Assembly: GCF_006345805.1 (NCBI RefSeq)
Contig: NW_021824840.1
Coordinates: 20,240-84,239, forward strand
DNA from: Octopus sinensis
Lineage: Eukaryota
Direction: 5' to 3'
DNA length: 64,000 bases
Shown here: piece by piece, positions 49,316 to 62,777 of the stretch
Layout of the letters: each line of letters opens with the position of its first letter
Numbering within the stretch: the first letter of the stretch is position 1
Notes under the pieces: model-generated
The model's database searches: none
The model's input: the letters and a program-made list of their open reading frames with translations, nothing else
What the model was told of the DNA's origin: nothing
Program-made: the position numbers and the translations under genes

Positions 49316-50045
49316 TGAGTTGTATGGTGAAAATTTTTGGGTAAAATTTTCGGTGATAACTTTTGAAAGATTTTTGAGTAAAATATTGAAAAAATTTTTG
49401 GGTAAAATTTTCGGTGATAATTTTCGAAAAATTTTTGGGTAAAATCTTCGGTGAAAATTTTCGAAAAATTGTTGGTGAAAACTTTTGGGTAAAATTTTGT
49501 GAAAATTTTCGAAAAATTTTTGGGTAAAATTTTCGGTGAAAGTTTTCGAAATTGGTGAAATTTTTTGGGTAAAATTTTCAGTGAAAATTTTGGAAAAATT
49601 TTTGGGGAAAATTTTCGGTGAAAATTTTCGAAAAATTTTTGGGTAAAATCTTCAGTGAAAACTTTCGAAAAATTTTTGGGTAAAGTTTTCGGTGAAAATT
49701 TTCGAAAAGTTGTTGGTGAAAATTTTTGGGCAAAATTTTCGGTGAAAATTTTCGAAAAATTGTTGGTGAAAATTTTTGGGTAAAATCTTCGGTGAAAATT
49801 TTTGAAAAAGATTTTGAAAATTTTCCCCAAAATTTTTTGAAAAGTTTATCGAAAATTTTCCCAAAAATTTTCAAAAACTTTTTGAAAAAACTTTTCAAAA
49901 ATGTTTGGGGAAAATTCTCAAAAATTTCTGAGGAAAATTTTTCAAAAAATTCTTCAAAAAATTTTTCGAAAATTTTTCCAAAAATTTTTAGGTAAAATTT
50001 TCGAAAAATTTTTCAAAAATTTTTGGTGAAAACTTTCAAAAAATT
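49316..50045. repeat. A/T-tract minisatellite (37- and 51-bp units) with an orientation switch
   Basis: ggtgaaaattttcgaaaaatttttgggtaaaattttc units; from about 49815 ttttccccaaaa-type (inverted) sub-units. Confidence 0.9.
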
Positions 50046-50311
50046 ATTCAAAATAGTGACTAATTAGAAAAACTTGCAAATTAGCTGAACAGTTTTGCGC
50101 AAAAAAGATGAGAACTCTAAAGAGTGATAAATTAGAAGTGGCATTCTTTGGTGCAATATTTTAAGTAAAATTTTCTTATTCTTTATTTTACTTGAAGTAG
50201 TAGTTTGTACTATACGTTTACAGGTGTAATAACTTGTCCCGTACTTTTCCAGGTTTATAATCTTAAGAATATTACTTTTCATGCTTGCATTTTTCCACGT
50301 ATGTATTTATC

Positions 50312-50870
50312 CTAGCAGAGATACCCGGTGTTGCCCGGTTACATTCAGTTGAAGAATTAGACTTTTCTGTTATATATATATGGATACACACACATACACA
50401 TACACACACACACACATGTATGTATATTAATATAAATACATGACAGTACATGAAGTTTGTTAAAAAAAGGGGATCATGTATATACCTCCTGGCTGTTGAG
50501 ATTATAACACCTCGTTGTAAACAATGTTCCTTGTTTTTCCTTGTGGAGCATATACAAAAAGGTTTCTTTTGGTTCCTACTCTTGAGCAGCCAACACACAG
50601 TTGCCCATGCGAGAAGCAGGGCTCTTCCAAGTGATGACCAGCTACAGAGAGGGTTTGACCCTGAGATTTGTTAATGGACATGGCAGAGCTGACACGAAGG
50701 GGGAATTGCAGTCTTCTGAATGTAAATGGAATTTCTGCTCCTAATGGAGTAAGAGGAATTCTTTGAATAAATACGTCATCACCTTTTCCACATCCAGAAA
50801 GAATGATCGCCTCGATAACGTGTGACATCATTTTATATTCTAAAGAGAAATCAACGGGTTGCAACTTGGC
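50312..50870 (-). mobile_element. Helitron 3' end with PIF1-like helicase C-terminal fragment
   Basis: ORF 50502-50864 ..RIPLTPLGAEIPFTFRRLQFPLRVSSAMSINKSQGQTL..PCFSHGQLCVGCSRVG..NLFVYAPQGKTRNIVYNEVL; hairpin ccgggcaacaccggg and CTAG at 50312-50315. Confidence 0.9.
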
Positions 50871-51867
50871 AGCTGGAACGGTACGTCCTTAAAGGTTAGT
50901 GCCTTGTAACACGAGATCGATCGTTCCGTTAAGAGGTATGGAGGCTAGTATGGGACAGATCTCCAAGTGAATAAATCCTGGGTAGTCTCAGAAATCGGGT
51001 GAGATGAAACGGTCCCTGAAAGATCCAATGTTCCGAGATACCTGGCTGATGATGCGCGGGCCCACACTGAGATTGACACAGCTGCAGAGAATCTTGAGTA
51101 AAACGTCGGTGAAGAAGCATGCTTGCATTAGTATGGCGTCTTTTTTCTGTTCGTCACTTTGACCGAGCTGTCGTCCTGAGTCTCAAGTTTGGGCTTATAA
51201 TAGCCGGAATGTTGCAAGGAGCTTGCATCATTCTGCTGGCTGACAATACAATAGTGGAACATCTGCATTCTAAAGAGGATTAGTTGATGGTATGAGCATC
51301 GATGACTTTGGAGTGATATGGACGTCAACGAAGACAATGTTAGTAGTCTCATTGGAAGATTTTTCAGATCAGAGATAACAGATAATTTCCTAAAGTATTT
51401 TTGCCTGGCAATGTTATAGGGTAACTTTTCCTGTTTGATATAAACTCTTCAAGTATGGCCGCAGAGTTCATTCCAAACCGAACTTATCCGAGATGCGCAC
51501 AGAATGACAAAATCATGCTGTACTGCATGCACCCATCCAATATCTGTGCATTGCTGATTTGTGGATATAATGTCAAACAGCTGTTATCAAATGAAAGACG
51601 TATCCGTTTATTAGCAAGGAAGGGCAGATAGCTTCGTCTGATTGGTGACTATGGTGAAGAGATTTGTAAAGCTGATGTACTTGAGTTATGAGAACATATT
51701 TTCCTCTCAGACCAAGCCCTCGACAACTTCTGCAAGTACTACTTGAAGAGGAAAGTGGGAGAAGAGAGGGAGATAGACATTTCTGGTAAATTCTGAAAAA
51801 GTTTGGTAAGAATAACGGAACTGGCATGGCTAAATGAACTTACACTTACTAGGTAAGGTGTAGATTG

Positions 51868-52250
51868 TGGAGCCGCAATGGCCCAGTGGTTAGGGCAGCG
51901 GACTCGCGGTCGTAGGATCGCGGTTTCGATTCCCAGACCGGGCGTTGTGAGTGTTTATTGAGCGAAAACACCTAAAAGCTCCACGAGGCTCCGGCAGGGA
52001 TGGTGGTGATCCCTGCTGTACTCTTTCACCACAACTTTCTCTCACTCTTACTTCCTGTTTCTGTTGTACCTGTATTTCAAAGGGCCGGCCTTGTCACTCT
52101 CTGTGTCACGCTGAATATCCCCGAGAACTACGTTACGGGTACACGTGTCTGTGGAGTGCTCAGCCACTTACACGTTAATTTCATGAGCAGGCTGTTCCGT
52201 TGATTCGGATCAACCGGAACCCTCGTCGTCGTAACCGACGGAGTGCTTCC
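51868..52250 (+). mobile_element. Family B SINE with 13-bp TSD
   Basis: TSD aaggtgtagattg at 51855-51867 and 52251-52263. Confidence 0.95.
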
Positions 52251-52917
52251 AAGGTGTAGATTGGAGAAAGAATTGAGTTGTGCCTTAAACTGCGAAGTTG
52301 TTTTTGAACTGTATAAATGAAATAATGAACGACTAATAATTAAAAAGTGATCGGAAGAAATAAGTTCATACTTCCTCCAACACATTTTGGAACATGTAAT
52401 ATATAATTACTGTTGTTAACGAAAATTTGTTCACTAAGACTATTATTCTTGTATTCATTTATTTGTTTCAGTCATTTGAGTGCGGCCATGCTGGGGCACC
52501 GCCTTTATTGATTATATTTTATTGTTATTCTTATAAGTTTTTTTGTTTTTTTACATGTTCGAAATAAAAAAAAAATTCTAGACTTAAGCGCATGCGTGGC
52601 TGTGTAATAAGAAGTTTGTTTCCCAACCACATGCTCCCGGGTTCATTTCCACTTTAAAGATATTTTTTAATATGCTGGCCATTGATAAAATTGTTTTCGA
52701 AAAATTTTATCCTATATTAGATGTAAATTTAATAGTGTTCACTTCCGGACTCTCTCATTCTTTGAGAGTTTTCAGTTCGAATCGCAACATGTCTCGAATG
52801 GGCTGGAGAATTTCTATTTTGGATATATATATATGTGGTACTTAATTGTGCTCATGACTTAGTGTTTGCTTCTTCCATGGGTATAAGTAAGTATTTCATT
52901 TATTCCTTTGCCGCATT

Positions 52918-52971
52918 TATCACTGACGAAGAGAAGGTTCTTATGAAGTAACTCTGAAATCGGGTCCGATA
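52918..52971 (+). ncRNA. Decayed type I hammerhead-like motif
   Basis: tatca|CTGACGA|agag...ctct|GAAA|tcgg-g|TC|cgata; single changes would restore stems I and III. Confidence 0.4.
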
Positions 52972-53121
52972 TGGTAATAACGGAGTTTTTTAGAAATTTC
53001 TATCGGCTTTCTTCGAGACGCGTGCTTGTAGTGATGAATTATATGGTTATGGACGATGTGTCTAGTTTCGGCATATTTGGCATTAGAAATTTTTTTCTTT
53101 TGCCCTTGTTTATAAGTTGTT

Positions 53122-53164
<43 letters not shown>

Positions 53165-53171
<7 letters not shown>

Positions 53172-53372
53172 TGTCTGTTTGTCCCCCCCCACATCGCTTG
53201 ACAACAGATGCTGGTGTGTTTACGTCCCCGTAACTTAGCGGTTCGGTAAAAGGCACCGATAGAATAAGTACTAGGCTGACAAAGAATAAGTCCTGAGGGC
53301 GATTTTCTCGACTAAATGCGGTACTCCAGCATGGACACAGTCAAATGACTGAAACAAGTAAAAGAGTAAAAG
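53165..53372 (+). mobile_element. Family A SINE, 3' part
   Basis: gatgctggtgtgtttacgtccccgtaacttagcgg ... aagtaaaagagtaaaa tail. Confidence 0.8.
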
Positions 53373-54186
53373 TGCATTCATATGTTTTCTATAATTTTAT
53401 TATCATTGCTTGCTCTTTTTTTAACGTGTGCTAAATAAAAACTTCTAAATAAAATATTATTAGGTTTCAGTCGAAAAATAATCTTTTTCGGGGGGCTTCA
53501 AGTAAAGTTCTTTTCTTAGCCCAAAACAAAAAAAAAAAAAAAGCGCAGTAGTTTTAAGCGCGTTCAAACACGGGACTTTGTCGATCTAATGTGTCGTCAG
53601 CGAGATTATTTCGAGTTGACAGGTGGGAGAGGGTGATGTAAAAGTTTGGAAGGACACGTATTTCAATATTAGCACAGCTATTTTCTTTCCAACAGGCGAC
53701 AGGGCTGACTAATCCAATCACCCTGATAATAGTACAACTACATATTGTGTGTGTGTGTGTGTGGCTTAGGTGAAAATTGGCCAAGATCCCAGAAGAAATT
53801 GTACCGATACATTAAGTATACAACGTATACAAAAGCACTCGCACACCAATGCTGTCATTGTCACCAGAGTCCGGCATGCACGCATATATACACACATGCA
53901 CATACACATGCACACACATATACACACACAGATACATATGCACACAGACACAAGCATAGTTGTCCAGATACGTACGTGAGTGTGCGTGCACCTATCTTTC
54001 ACATACGCGTATGTATAATACAAACGAACACATAGATGTATGTATGTTTATTTGTATAACAGACATACACACATTAATATGTGTATGTTTCTCTATATAC
54101 ATATACTGCTCGCTCACACACGTGTGAGTGTGTGTGTATCATATGCACTCATGCAATGACAGACAGACAGACAGACAGACAGATAA

Positions 54187-54230
<44 letters not shown>

Positions 54231-54599
54231 GTAGACAGACAGACAAACAGACAGACAGATAGATAGATAGATATGTTTCTTTATTAGCCACACAGGGCTG
54301 CACACAGACAGGACAAAATTAAAAGGTAGAGCTTTTCTTTTGGGGGTAAAAGAAGGGGGTTTGGTTTTCGATCAAAAGGGATCGTAAATGGAAAGAAAGA
54401 GGACAAAATTTTTTTTTTTAAAGGCGGGGGGAGGAAAAAATTTGATCAATAGGGATCGTTATCACAGAAATGTCAATATGAAGTGTAAAGAGGAGGACAG
54501 GTGAGGTTTACCCGTGGAAAGAAAAGCCTACGGAAAAGACTACGGTAACCTCGGTCAATGAAGTCACATGTTATATTTCTTTTTTTTTGTGTTGCAAAT

Positions 54600-54717
<118 letters not shown>

Positions 54718-56182
54718 TCCCATCTATCATATGAGAGAAAAAACGAGAAAAAGAATGCTGGATTTAAAATAATGGAAAAGCATATGGTGTGACGAAAAGA
54801 TGGAATATGCTAAATTTTCCACCGAACATTCTGGAAATATCAAAGCAAAACAAATCCAAAGAAAAACGTCTCTTTAATAACTGAAACCTAACTCTTTAAC
54901 TAGTTTTAGCTCGAAAGCTGCGGTCATGTTAGGGCTCCGTTTACTCTTCAGCCCATTTATGTACTTTATCTATATTTACGTCCGGAACATTTCTACTTTC
55001 TTCCCTAAATGTACTTGAAGCCTGTAGGTGGTCCCTTAATTATTATATAATAATCGTTAAAATTTCCATACTCAAAACCGAAGTTAATGCCTAGCTAGAT
55101 AGATAGATAGATAGAGTCCGCTGCCAAGTTGCAACCCGTTGACACATACAAATATTTAAGATGCAATCCTTGTACTTTCACACTATTACTGCTTCCACTC
55201 AAAAGATTTTGGCCATGTTGTGGCACCGATATCAACTAAAATGAAAGTATATCTTAACGACAATGTTTATTTTTGGACTATGTAAGGTCCACATCGTCTA
55301 ATGTTGTTCTGTCCTTACATAATATTTGAGGAAGATTTAGCAACTATTTCTTGCAGTATACGCGACCACGCAGAAAATTTCTCATTGTTATTTCTGAAAG
55401 ACCATCCCCACCGTAATGATTTGTTTTTTTTTCTTTTTATGCATTGTGCATCTTGGACCACATTATACAATGTGTTAGTGCTTTCTTTAAGACAGTACAG
55501 TGTGATTTGAGGGTGAATTTGCAGCTATTTCTACCAAATTAAGTGACCACGTTGAGGCGTCAAGTACTACTTTATAATCGTTCCACCTAGAAGAAATATC
55601 ACTCAAATATCTCTTAAATCACATTCTGCCATCATAAAGCGTATAAAGGATAATGTATTAACGGTTACATTGCTGCTTTTCATCACAGATTTACTTGATC
55701 AGGGCTGACGTTATTTGAAATAGTAATTAAAACCGAAGTAAAACAATTGTCCCTAACGGAAGTCGAAATATGTATATATGGCTTACTAGATAACTGTGTT
55801 ACCGATTATGCTACAGATCGTTTGCCAAAATTAAAGGAACACAGGTGCTAAGGAACATCTGAATTATAAAAAATGGCAGTCGTTAAGTTTCTAATACCAA
55901 GGTTCATAAACAATCGTTAGATGCTTAGTAGAATGATTAGAAAATACAGCATAAGTTTTTGACACCAAAACAAAACTATCGTGCCATGTGAGACATTTAA
56001 ATGATTAATAAGTACTCCTTTAAGTTTATGATGTTATATCTTAACAACTGCTGGGAACTAAGTACTTACTTGTATGCAAATGATGAGAAGATAGACTTTA
56101 AGTTATTTTGACACTAAACTGATTGTAGGAAGGTAAGATATCTGGATGATTAACAAGCAGACCTGAAATTTAAAACAGAAGT

Positions 56183-56588
<406 letters not shown>

Positions 56589-57579
56589 ATATATATATAT
56601 ATGAATTACTAGGAAGGAACAATAATCACCTTCATTGACTTACAGCTGTTTCGCCGACAAAGAACTGGTCATCCAAAACTGTGCTAGTCATCTTAAAGTT
56701 TCATCGGAGCTTTTACATGAAGTCTTTCTTTATTGCGGATACGTGTGTGTGTGCGTGTGTCTACGTGAGTGCGTGTGTATATATTCATACATGAAATATG
56801 GCTACTCTAGTGGTCTGTCCGACGTCCGGACGTATGTAATTACCGCTTATACAAAGGCAACTTGCCATATGAGAAAGTTGAGCTACAGAATGCAGATAAG
56901 ATTACATACGAACATTTCTACATTAGTACTTACACAGGGACATACAATATATGCATTGACAAACTAACCGAGCAATCTTCTGATGAAAAATACCCATGTG
57001 TTGCTCGATCGGAATTCTATTACGTCCACTTCAATGCAATTGTAGAAATCAAACAACTTGAAAGCAAAGAAAATCCAAGCCGTGTATAACTTTGAAATTC
57101 AACCGTAAAGAAAACTTTCTCGAAACTTTTAAAGAACAACATTTCCTCATCTACTATTAAATATAGTGAAAGTTGAAAGACAGAAATCATCATGGCTAAA
57201 CACATTAGTCTCCTTTGGCCTATTCGTGACTATATCCTCAATATACATGATACATTGGGATTGTGAACAGAATAAGCAATTATACGAATAATACGTTCAA
57301 TATGGGTCTAAACGTTTTCGAATTACGAAAAGATTAAAAAGTTTGTACGGCATTGAACATCCAGAATTAGGATGTTTTATTTAAACAAAACGTTTAAATA
57401 AACAAGCAAAACATATAATGAAATGAAAACTAATATATATAACGGAATCATCGCACAGCAAAAACACCAAAACACAACATTTAGTAACAACAATCACAAT
57501 TTTCGCTTATGTTGTAGTCTCGTACCAGACTCCAGCTCACCATAAAAGGTTTGTTTGAGGTTTCTGCTGTCATCTTATT

Positions 57580-57975
57580 TCTTATTTCTTTATTGCCTAC
57601 AAGGGGCTAAACATAGAGGAGACAAACAAGGACAGACAAAGGGATTAAGTCGATTACATCGACCCCAGTGCGTAACTGGTACTTAATTCATCGTAAAGAT
57701 GAAAGGCAAAGTCGACCTCAGCGGAATTTGAACTCAGAAATACCTATTTCTTTACAACCCACAAAGGGCTAAAAACAGAAGAGACAAACAAGGACAGACA
57801 GACGGATTAAGTCGATTATATCAACCCCAGTGCGTAACTGGTACCTAATTTATCGACCCCGAAAGGATGAAAGGCAAAGTTGACCTCGGCGGAATTTGAA
57901 CTCAGAACGTAGCGGCAGACGAAAGACTACTAAGCATTTCGCCCGGCGTGCTATCGTTTCTGCCAGCTCGCTACC
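57580..57975 (-). mobile_element. Family C SINE dimer (one head, two bodies)
   Basis: Junction on minus aaagaaataggtattt|ctgagttc at about 57735-57750. Confidence 0.85.
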
Positions 57976-58519
57976 TTCCTGCTGTCATCTTGTCAAAGAA
58001 GATGACCTATCCAGTGATGTCTGTGTTTATACATGTGATTTCCAATGCTGAGGTGTATCAGCATTTTAAGTCCTGCAGGAGCAGGTGAATGGGCACTCCA
58101 GTGGAGCACCAAAACATCGATGGACAACCACGCCAGGATTTTGAGTCGTCTGCGGCCCGAGTTTCACAAAAGTAAAACAGTATTGTAAGGACGGCTGCAT
58201 TATATACTACAATACCTTTTTATGAATTTCTTTCTGATCCCAAACACATGTTTCGAGACTGGCAAAAGTATCAGTTGTCTTTCGGATGCGTGAAGCTATT
58301 TCAACATTCAGTGATCAGACTTCCTAGATATGAAAATTTATCAACAGCTTTGAGCGTGTAACCACCGTCATAAATTGATGGTTCTGCGTAGAGTGATAGA
58401 GGAGCGAGCACACAAACACACACACACGCACAGACACACACTCAAATACGTACATACACACACACACATACATACATACGTATGTATGTGTATGTATGTT
58501 TGTGTGTGTGTGTGTGTGT

Positions 58520-58591
<72 letters not shown>

Positions 58592-58800
58592 ATGTATATA
58601 TATGCATGGATGTGTGTGTGTGTGTTACCATACTGGTACGCCGCCTTCAGGAATTTTAGTCGAACGAATCGAATCCACTACTTTTTTTTAGGCCTGGTAC
58701 TTATTCTAACGGTCTCTTGGCCGAACCGCTAAGTTACAGGTGCGTAAACACACCAATACCTATAGTCAAACGGTGGGGCGGGGGCGAAGATAGACGGAAT

Positions 58801-58838
<38 letters not shown>

Positions 58839-60559
58839 TACATACATACATACATACATACATACATACATACATACATACATACATACATACATACATA
58901 CATACATACATACATACATACATACATACATACATACATACATACATACATAGAATTGTTCGCTAAAAGTAATCAGAGTCAAGGTTGTTGTCAATGGCCA
59001 GGTGTCGTCAAGCCAAGAGACGGGTCTTTTTTCTATCACCCAAGAACAGGAACGGTCTTCCAACGGGTTCTACCTAATTCCATTTACAATACTTTCCTCA
59101 ATTAGATTCAGTCGACCTATGATAGAAGATAGTTATCCGACGTGTCTCGCAAAAGAATTGAACCCGTAGTTGCAAATCAAACTTGTTTAAATACACAGCC
59201 ATCGTATCTGCGCACATGAAATTCAAACTTTTATCAATGAATACCAAACAAAATAACTAATTTGTTTTCTTGAGGTTTTATTGACAAGCTGTAGCCAAGT
59301 TCTTTTAACGTCATATGCTTGGCTAGCTACAGGTTATCCAACAAACGACGTTGATTACACAAGAAACGACAGCTATAACAGTCATTAGTGCAAAATACAT
59401 TAAAATGGTAACCACCTAAGCAAAGAAAAAAACTTATATTTGTTTTCATTCGTTAACTATTTTGGTTAATAAAGAACTATTTCTTTAGAATGAGAATAGG
59501 TGGTGCATATCGAACGTAACCCTGTTTGCTGTCGACATTTTACTTTGAAATTCTACTCATTGCAGTTGGTATTGAATAGTTTAAAAATGACAAGTTATTG
59601 CGCAGTGAAAGGTGATTTATAGTATTCCACACTTCAAGTGCTGAGAATTAGATAGAATATGCTCACATAGCAGTTAAATTAACCATATTTAATCTTCCAG
59701 TTGTTCAAATCCCACGTAAAATATTAAACGTCAATGAAGCAGGCGACATCTCGATCAAATATGGTTGTTCAAGTTTAATCGATTTGTGCAAACAAGTCGA
59801 AAATATAGTTCAGTAGGTGTTGTGGAAACATTCAATGCCGTTTATCATTTATAAAATGAGTCTTCAGCTTCATTTCCTTCTATTGCTATTGTTTGTTTTT
59901 TTACTGTTATTGTAATTATTATTTTTCATTTTCATTTCTTTTACTTTCCATAACTCGATTTATATTTGTGTGATAGTGCATTGATCTATCAAGTGATTGG
60001 TGTCTGTTTTTCCGTTGTTCGATCGGTGTTCTGACGTGGTTAAGCTCTCATTTTATTTCAGACATTTTATTTCAAAAGATTCATGAATCAGTAGAGAGCA
60101 GGACAATATGTTTTGCGATATTTTGATATGTTATTTTATTATCTTAACTCAAATAATATCAGAATCGACTTTCATTTCACCGTAGTAGATGAAATAAAGA
60201 TCAATCAAATAATGAATTCGATTCAATCGACTGTCACTTCTCCAAAATCTCGTAGCTTTGGCAAATGTCAGAAATCATAATTTAAGAAATTCACTTTCGC
60301 AATGTAATTTGCAATCCTATCTAGATAGTAGTGAATGGTTTGAAGAGGTGATGACCACTATTCGGTCATTCGACAGCGACGATGATGACGCTTACTACGC
60401 CACGACAGCTTCAATATTTGTTGAGAAACTATAACTAGTTGTTACAGTTCAACCGAATAGGTTATTTTAACAACATATCGCAGACTTGGATTGTGAGATT
60501 CATTTTTAAAGAAGTTATATAATTCACTACCTATTTTAGCAACAAGTATATATACGTGT

Positions 60560-60738
60560 GCGTTAGCCACTACACACATTTTTTTCTCTCCTTGTTTTTT
60601 CTGTGTCCCTTTCTGTAGAAGAGCGTAGGCTCGAAACGTAAAAGACTTTTTCTATTCCTGAGCGTTATACTAATTACACCTTTTGGTTTTGTACACCACC
60701 TGTCTTCGTCTTTTGTTGTTTTTTTCGTAAACTCTCCC
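60560..60738 (+). repeat. Interspersed repeat with hammerhead motif (sister of 38017-38185)
   Basis: Alignment by eye to 38017-38185. Confidence 0.8.
60608..60645 (+). ncRNA. Minimal type I hammerhead-like motif, U at core position 6
   Basis: ccttt|CTGTAGA|a|gagc-gtag-gctc|GAAA|cg|TA|aaaga. Confidence 0.5.
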
Positions 60739-60752
60739 ATTATATATATAAG

Positions 60753-60782
<30 letters not shown>

Positions 60783-60785
<3 letters not shown>

Positions 60786-61208
60786 GCGCAGGATTGGCTG
60801 TGTGTAAGTAGCTTGCTAACCAACCACATGGTTCCGGGTTCAGTCCCACTGCGTGGCATCTTGGGCAAGTGTCTTCTGCTATAGCCCCGGGCCGACCAAT
60901 GCCTTGTGAGTGGATTTGGTAGACGGAAACTGAAAGAAGCCTGTCATGTATATATATATATATTATATATATATATATATGTGTGTGTGTATGTGTTTGT
61001 GTGTCTGTGTTGTCCCCCTAGCATTGCTTGACACCGATGCTGGTGTGTTTACGTCCCCGTCACTTAGCGGTTCGGCAAAAGAGACCGATAGAATAAGTAC
61101 TGGGCTTACAAAGAATAAGTCCCGGGGTCGATTTGCTCGACTAAAAGGCGTGCTCCAGCATGGCCGCAGTCAAATGACTGAAACAAGTAAAAGAGTAAAA
61201 GAGTAAGA
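60783..61208 (+). mobile_element. Family A SINE, full length
   Basis: Same as 3104-3500. Confidence 0.9.
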
Positions 61209-61209
61209 G

Positions 61210-61240
<31 letters not shown>

Positions 61241-61341
61241 CACAACATATATATATATATACATATATATATAATATATATATATATACACACACATATA
61301 TATATATAATTATATACATATACATATACATATACATAATA

Positions 61342-61376
<35 letters not shown>

Positions 61377-61424
61377 TATATAATATATATACATATATAA
61401 TATATATCATATATATATATATAT

Positions 61425-61475
<51 letters not shown>

Positions 61476-61730
61476 CTATATATATATATATATATTCATA
61501 TATAATATATTAAGGTCTACGAGCGTGTAACATATCCCCATTCCCTATTTCGTTAGAGAATATTAAACAGTGTTTTTAGTGTTTAATGTATAGTTAATGT
61601 TTATTGGAATATGTAGATACAATAAAGCAGAAAAAAATACTTGGACAAAATATGGATAGAGAACAGCAAGAAAAAATCTTTTTTAATAATAACATTCCTG
61701 TAATTTACAAGAGAAAACAAAAGCAGTTCA

Positions 61731-62060
61731 GCTGTAGCAGAAAACATTTTATAACAACATGCTACCATTAGAGATAAAAGTACTGGTAAACCAGGAAATC
61801 AGACGAGAGAAAACTGTCATTTGCAGTAAAGATATCATACTTGAATGCAATAATAAAACATGGCATATAAGAACAAAAGCCCTTTAGCTATAGCAGAGAA
61901 TATTTTGCACAAAACAAGTTACCATTATCGTTAAACATAAAGCAGGAAATCAGACAAGAACAATGATTTACATTGAAAATACCATTACGATCATGAATGC
62001 AGTTGTAAAACATTACAAAAGAGGACAACAGCAGCTTAGCAATAGCAGAAAATATTCTAA
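61731..62060. repeat. Highly diverged ~155-bp tandem repeat
   Basis: agc(t/a)(g/a)tagcaga(a/g)aa.att motifs at 61731, 61887, 62039; caggaaatcagac repeated. Confidence 0.55.
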
Positions 62061-62735
62061 TATTTTGTTGTTATAATCTCCTGCTATTTTCTGTGCACTA
62101 GATATTTTGTAGTCATTAATAAGTCTTGCCTTTCTTCGTCAATCTGTTGCATCAAACTTGTGTTCCTGCTGTAACCCTATATCTTTTGTTAGTCATCAAA
62201 TTTCCTGGCCTCATTAATTATCATTTATCATTTTCCCTGCTTTGTTCATTTGTCGGCCAGATTTTTAGCTCTTCCTCAAATTTTGACTAATGTGAGATTT
62301 GGCAGTGAAGGTTCTGTTTACATTTTTTAGTAGTTTGGTATTGCTGTTCTAGTTTCAATCCTTCTCTTGTCCTTTTTTCTCACTACAGCTTTTCTACCAT
62401 ACTCACTAGCAGAGTTTATCATTTTTACGCTGTGTGCAATTGTTAGTTTATGAGGTTTCCTTTTGAGGCTAAAATCCTCCTCTGCATTGTTATTGTTGTG
62501 ATAATACTCATTATACAACAATGCCCATACTGTGATAAACACCATCAGTAACTGGTTGTGAATATTCACTGAAGCAAAATTAAATGAGAACCACAATCCT
62601 TAAGAATCTACTTGAAATATTTCTTCGTCATGCAGGTCACTAACACACCTCAACTTTTTACTCAGCTGACGAATATTTTTATTTCCTCTTCTCATTCCTT
62701 TCTCTCTTCTTTTCCTGTATCTCTCCCACCTTCCC

Positions 62736-62777
<42 letters not shown>

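Noticed and set aside
49282-49995. Long FSKIFTENF/FRKFSPKILPKN repeat ORFs
   Set aside because: Open in several frames on both strands because the minisatellite lacks stops; no splice or start context.
56635-56720. Minus-strand GAAA-cagctg-TA palindromic stem III
   Set aside because: No acceptable CUGANGA core or stem I at the right spacing.
58000-58370. Possible LINE RT fragment
   Set aside because: No diagnostic motif recovered in any frame by manual translation.
59830-59875. Minus CTGAAGA-ctcattt-tat-aaatga hairpin
   Set aside because: Lacks GAAA and stem I; likely chance in AT-rich DNA.
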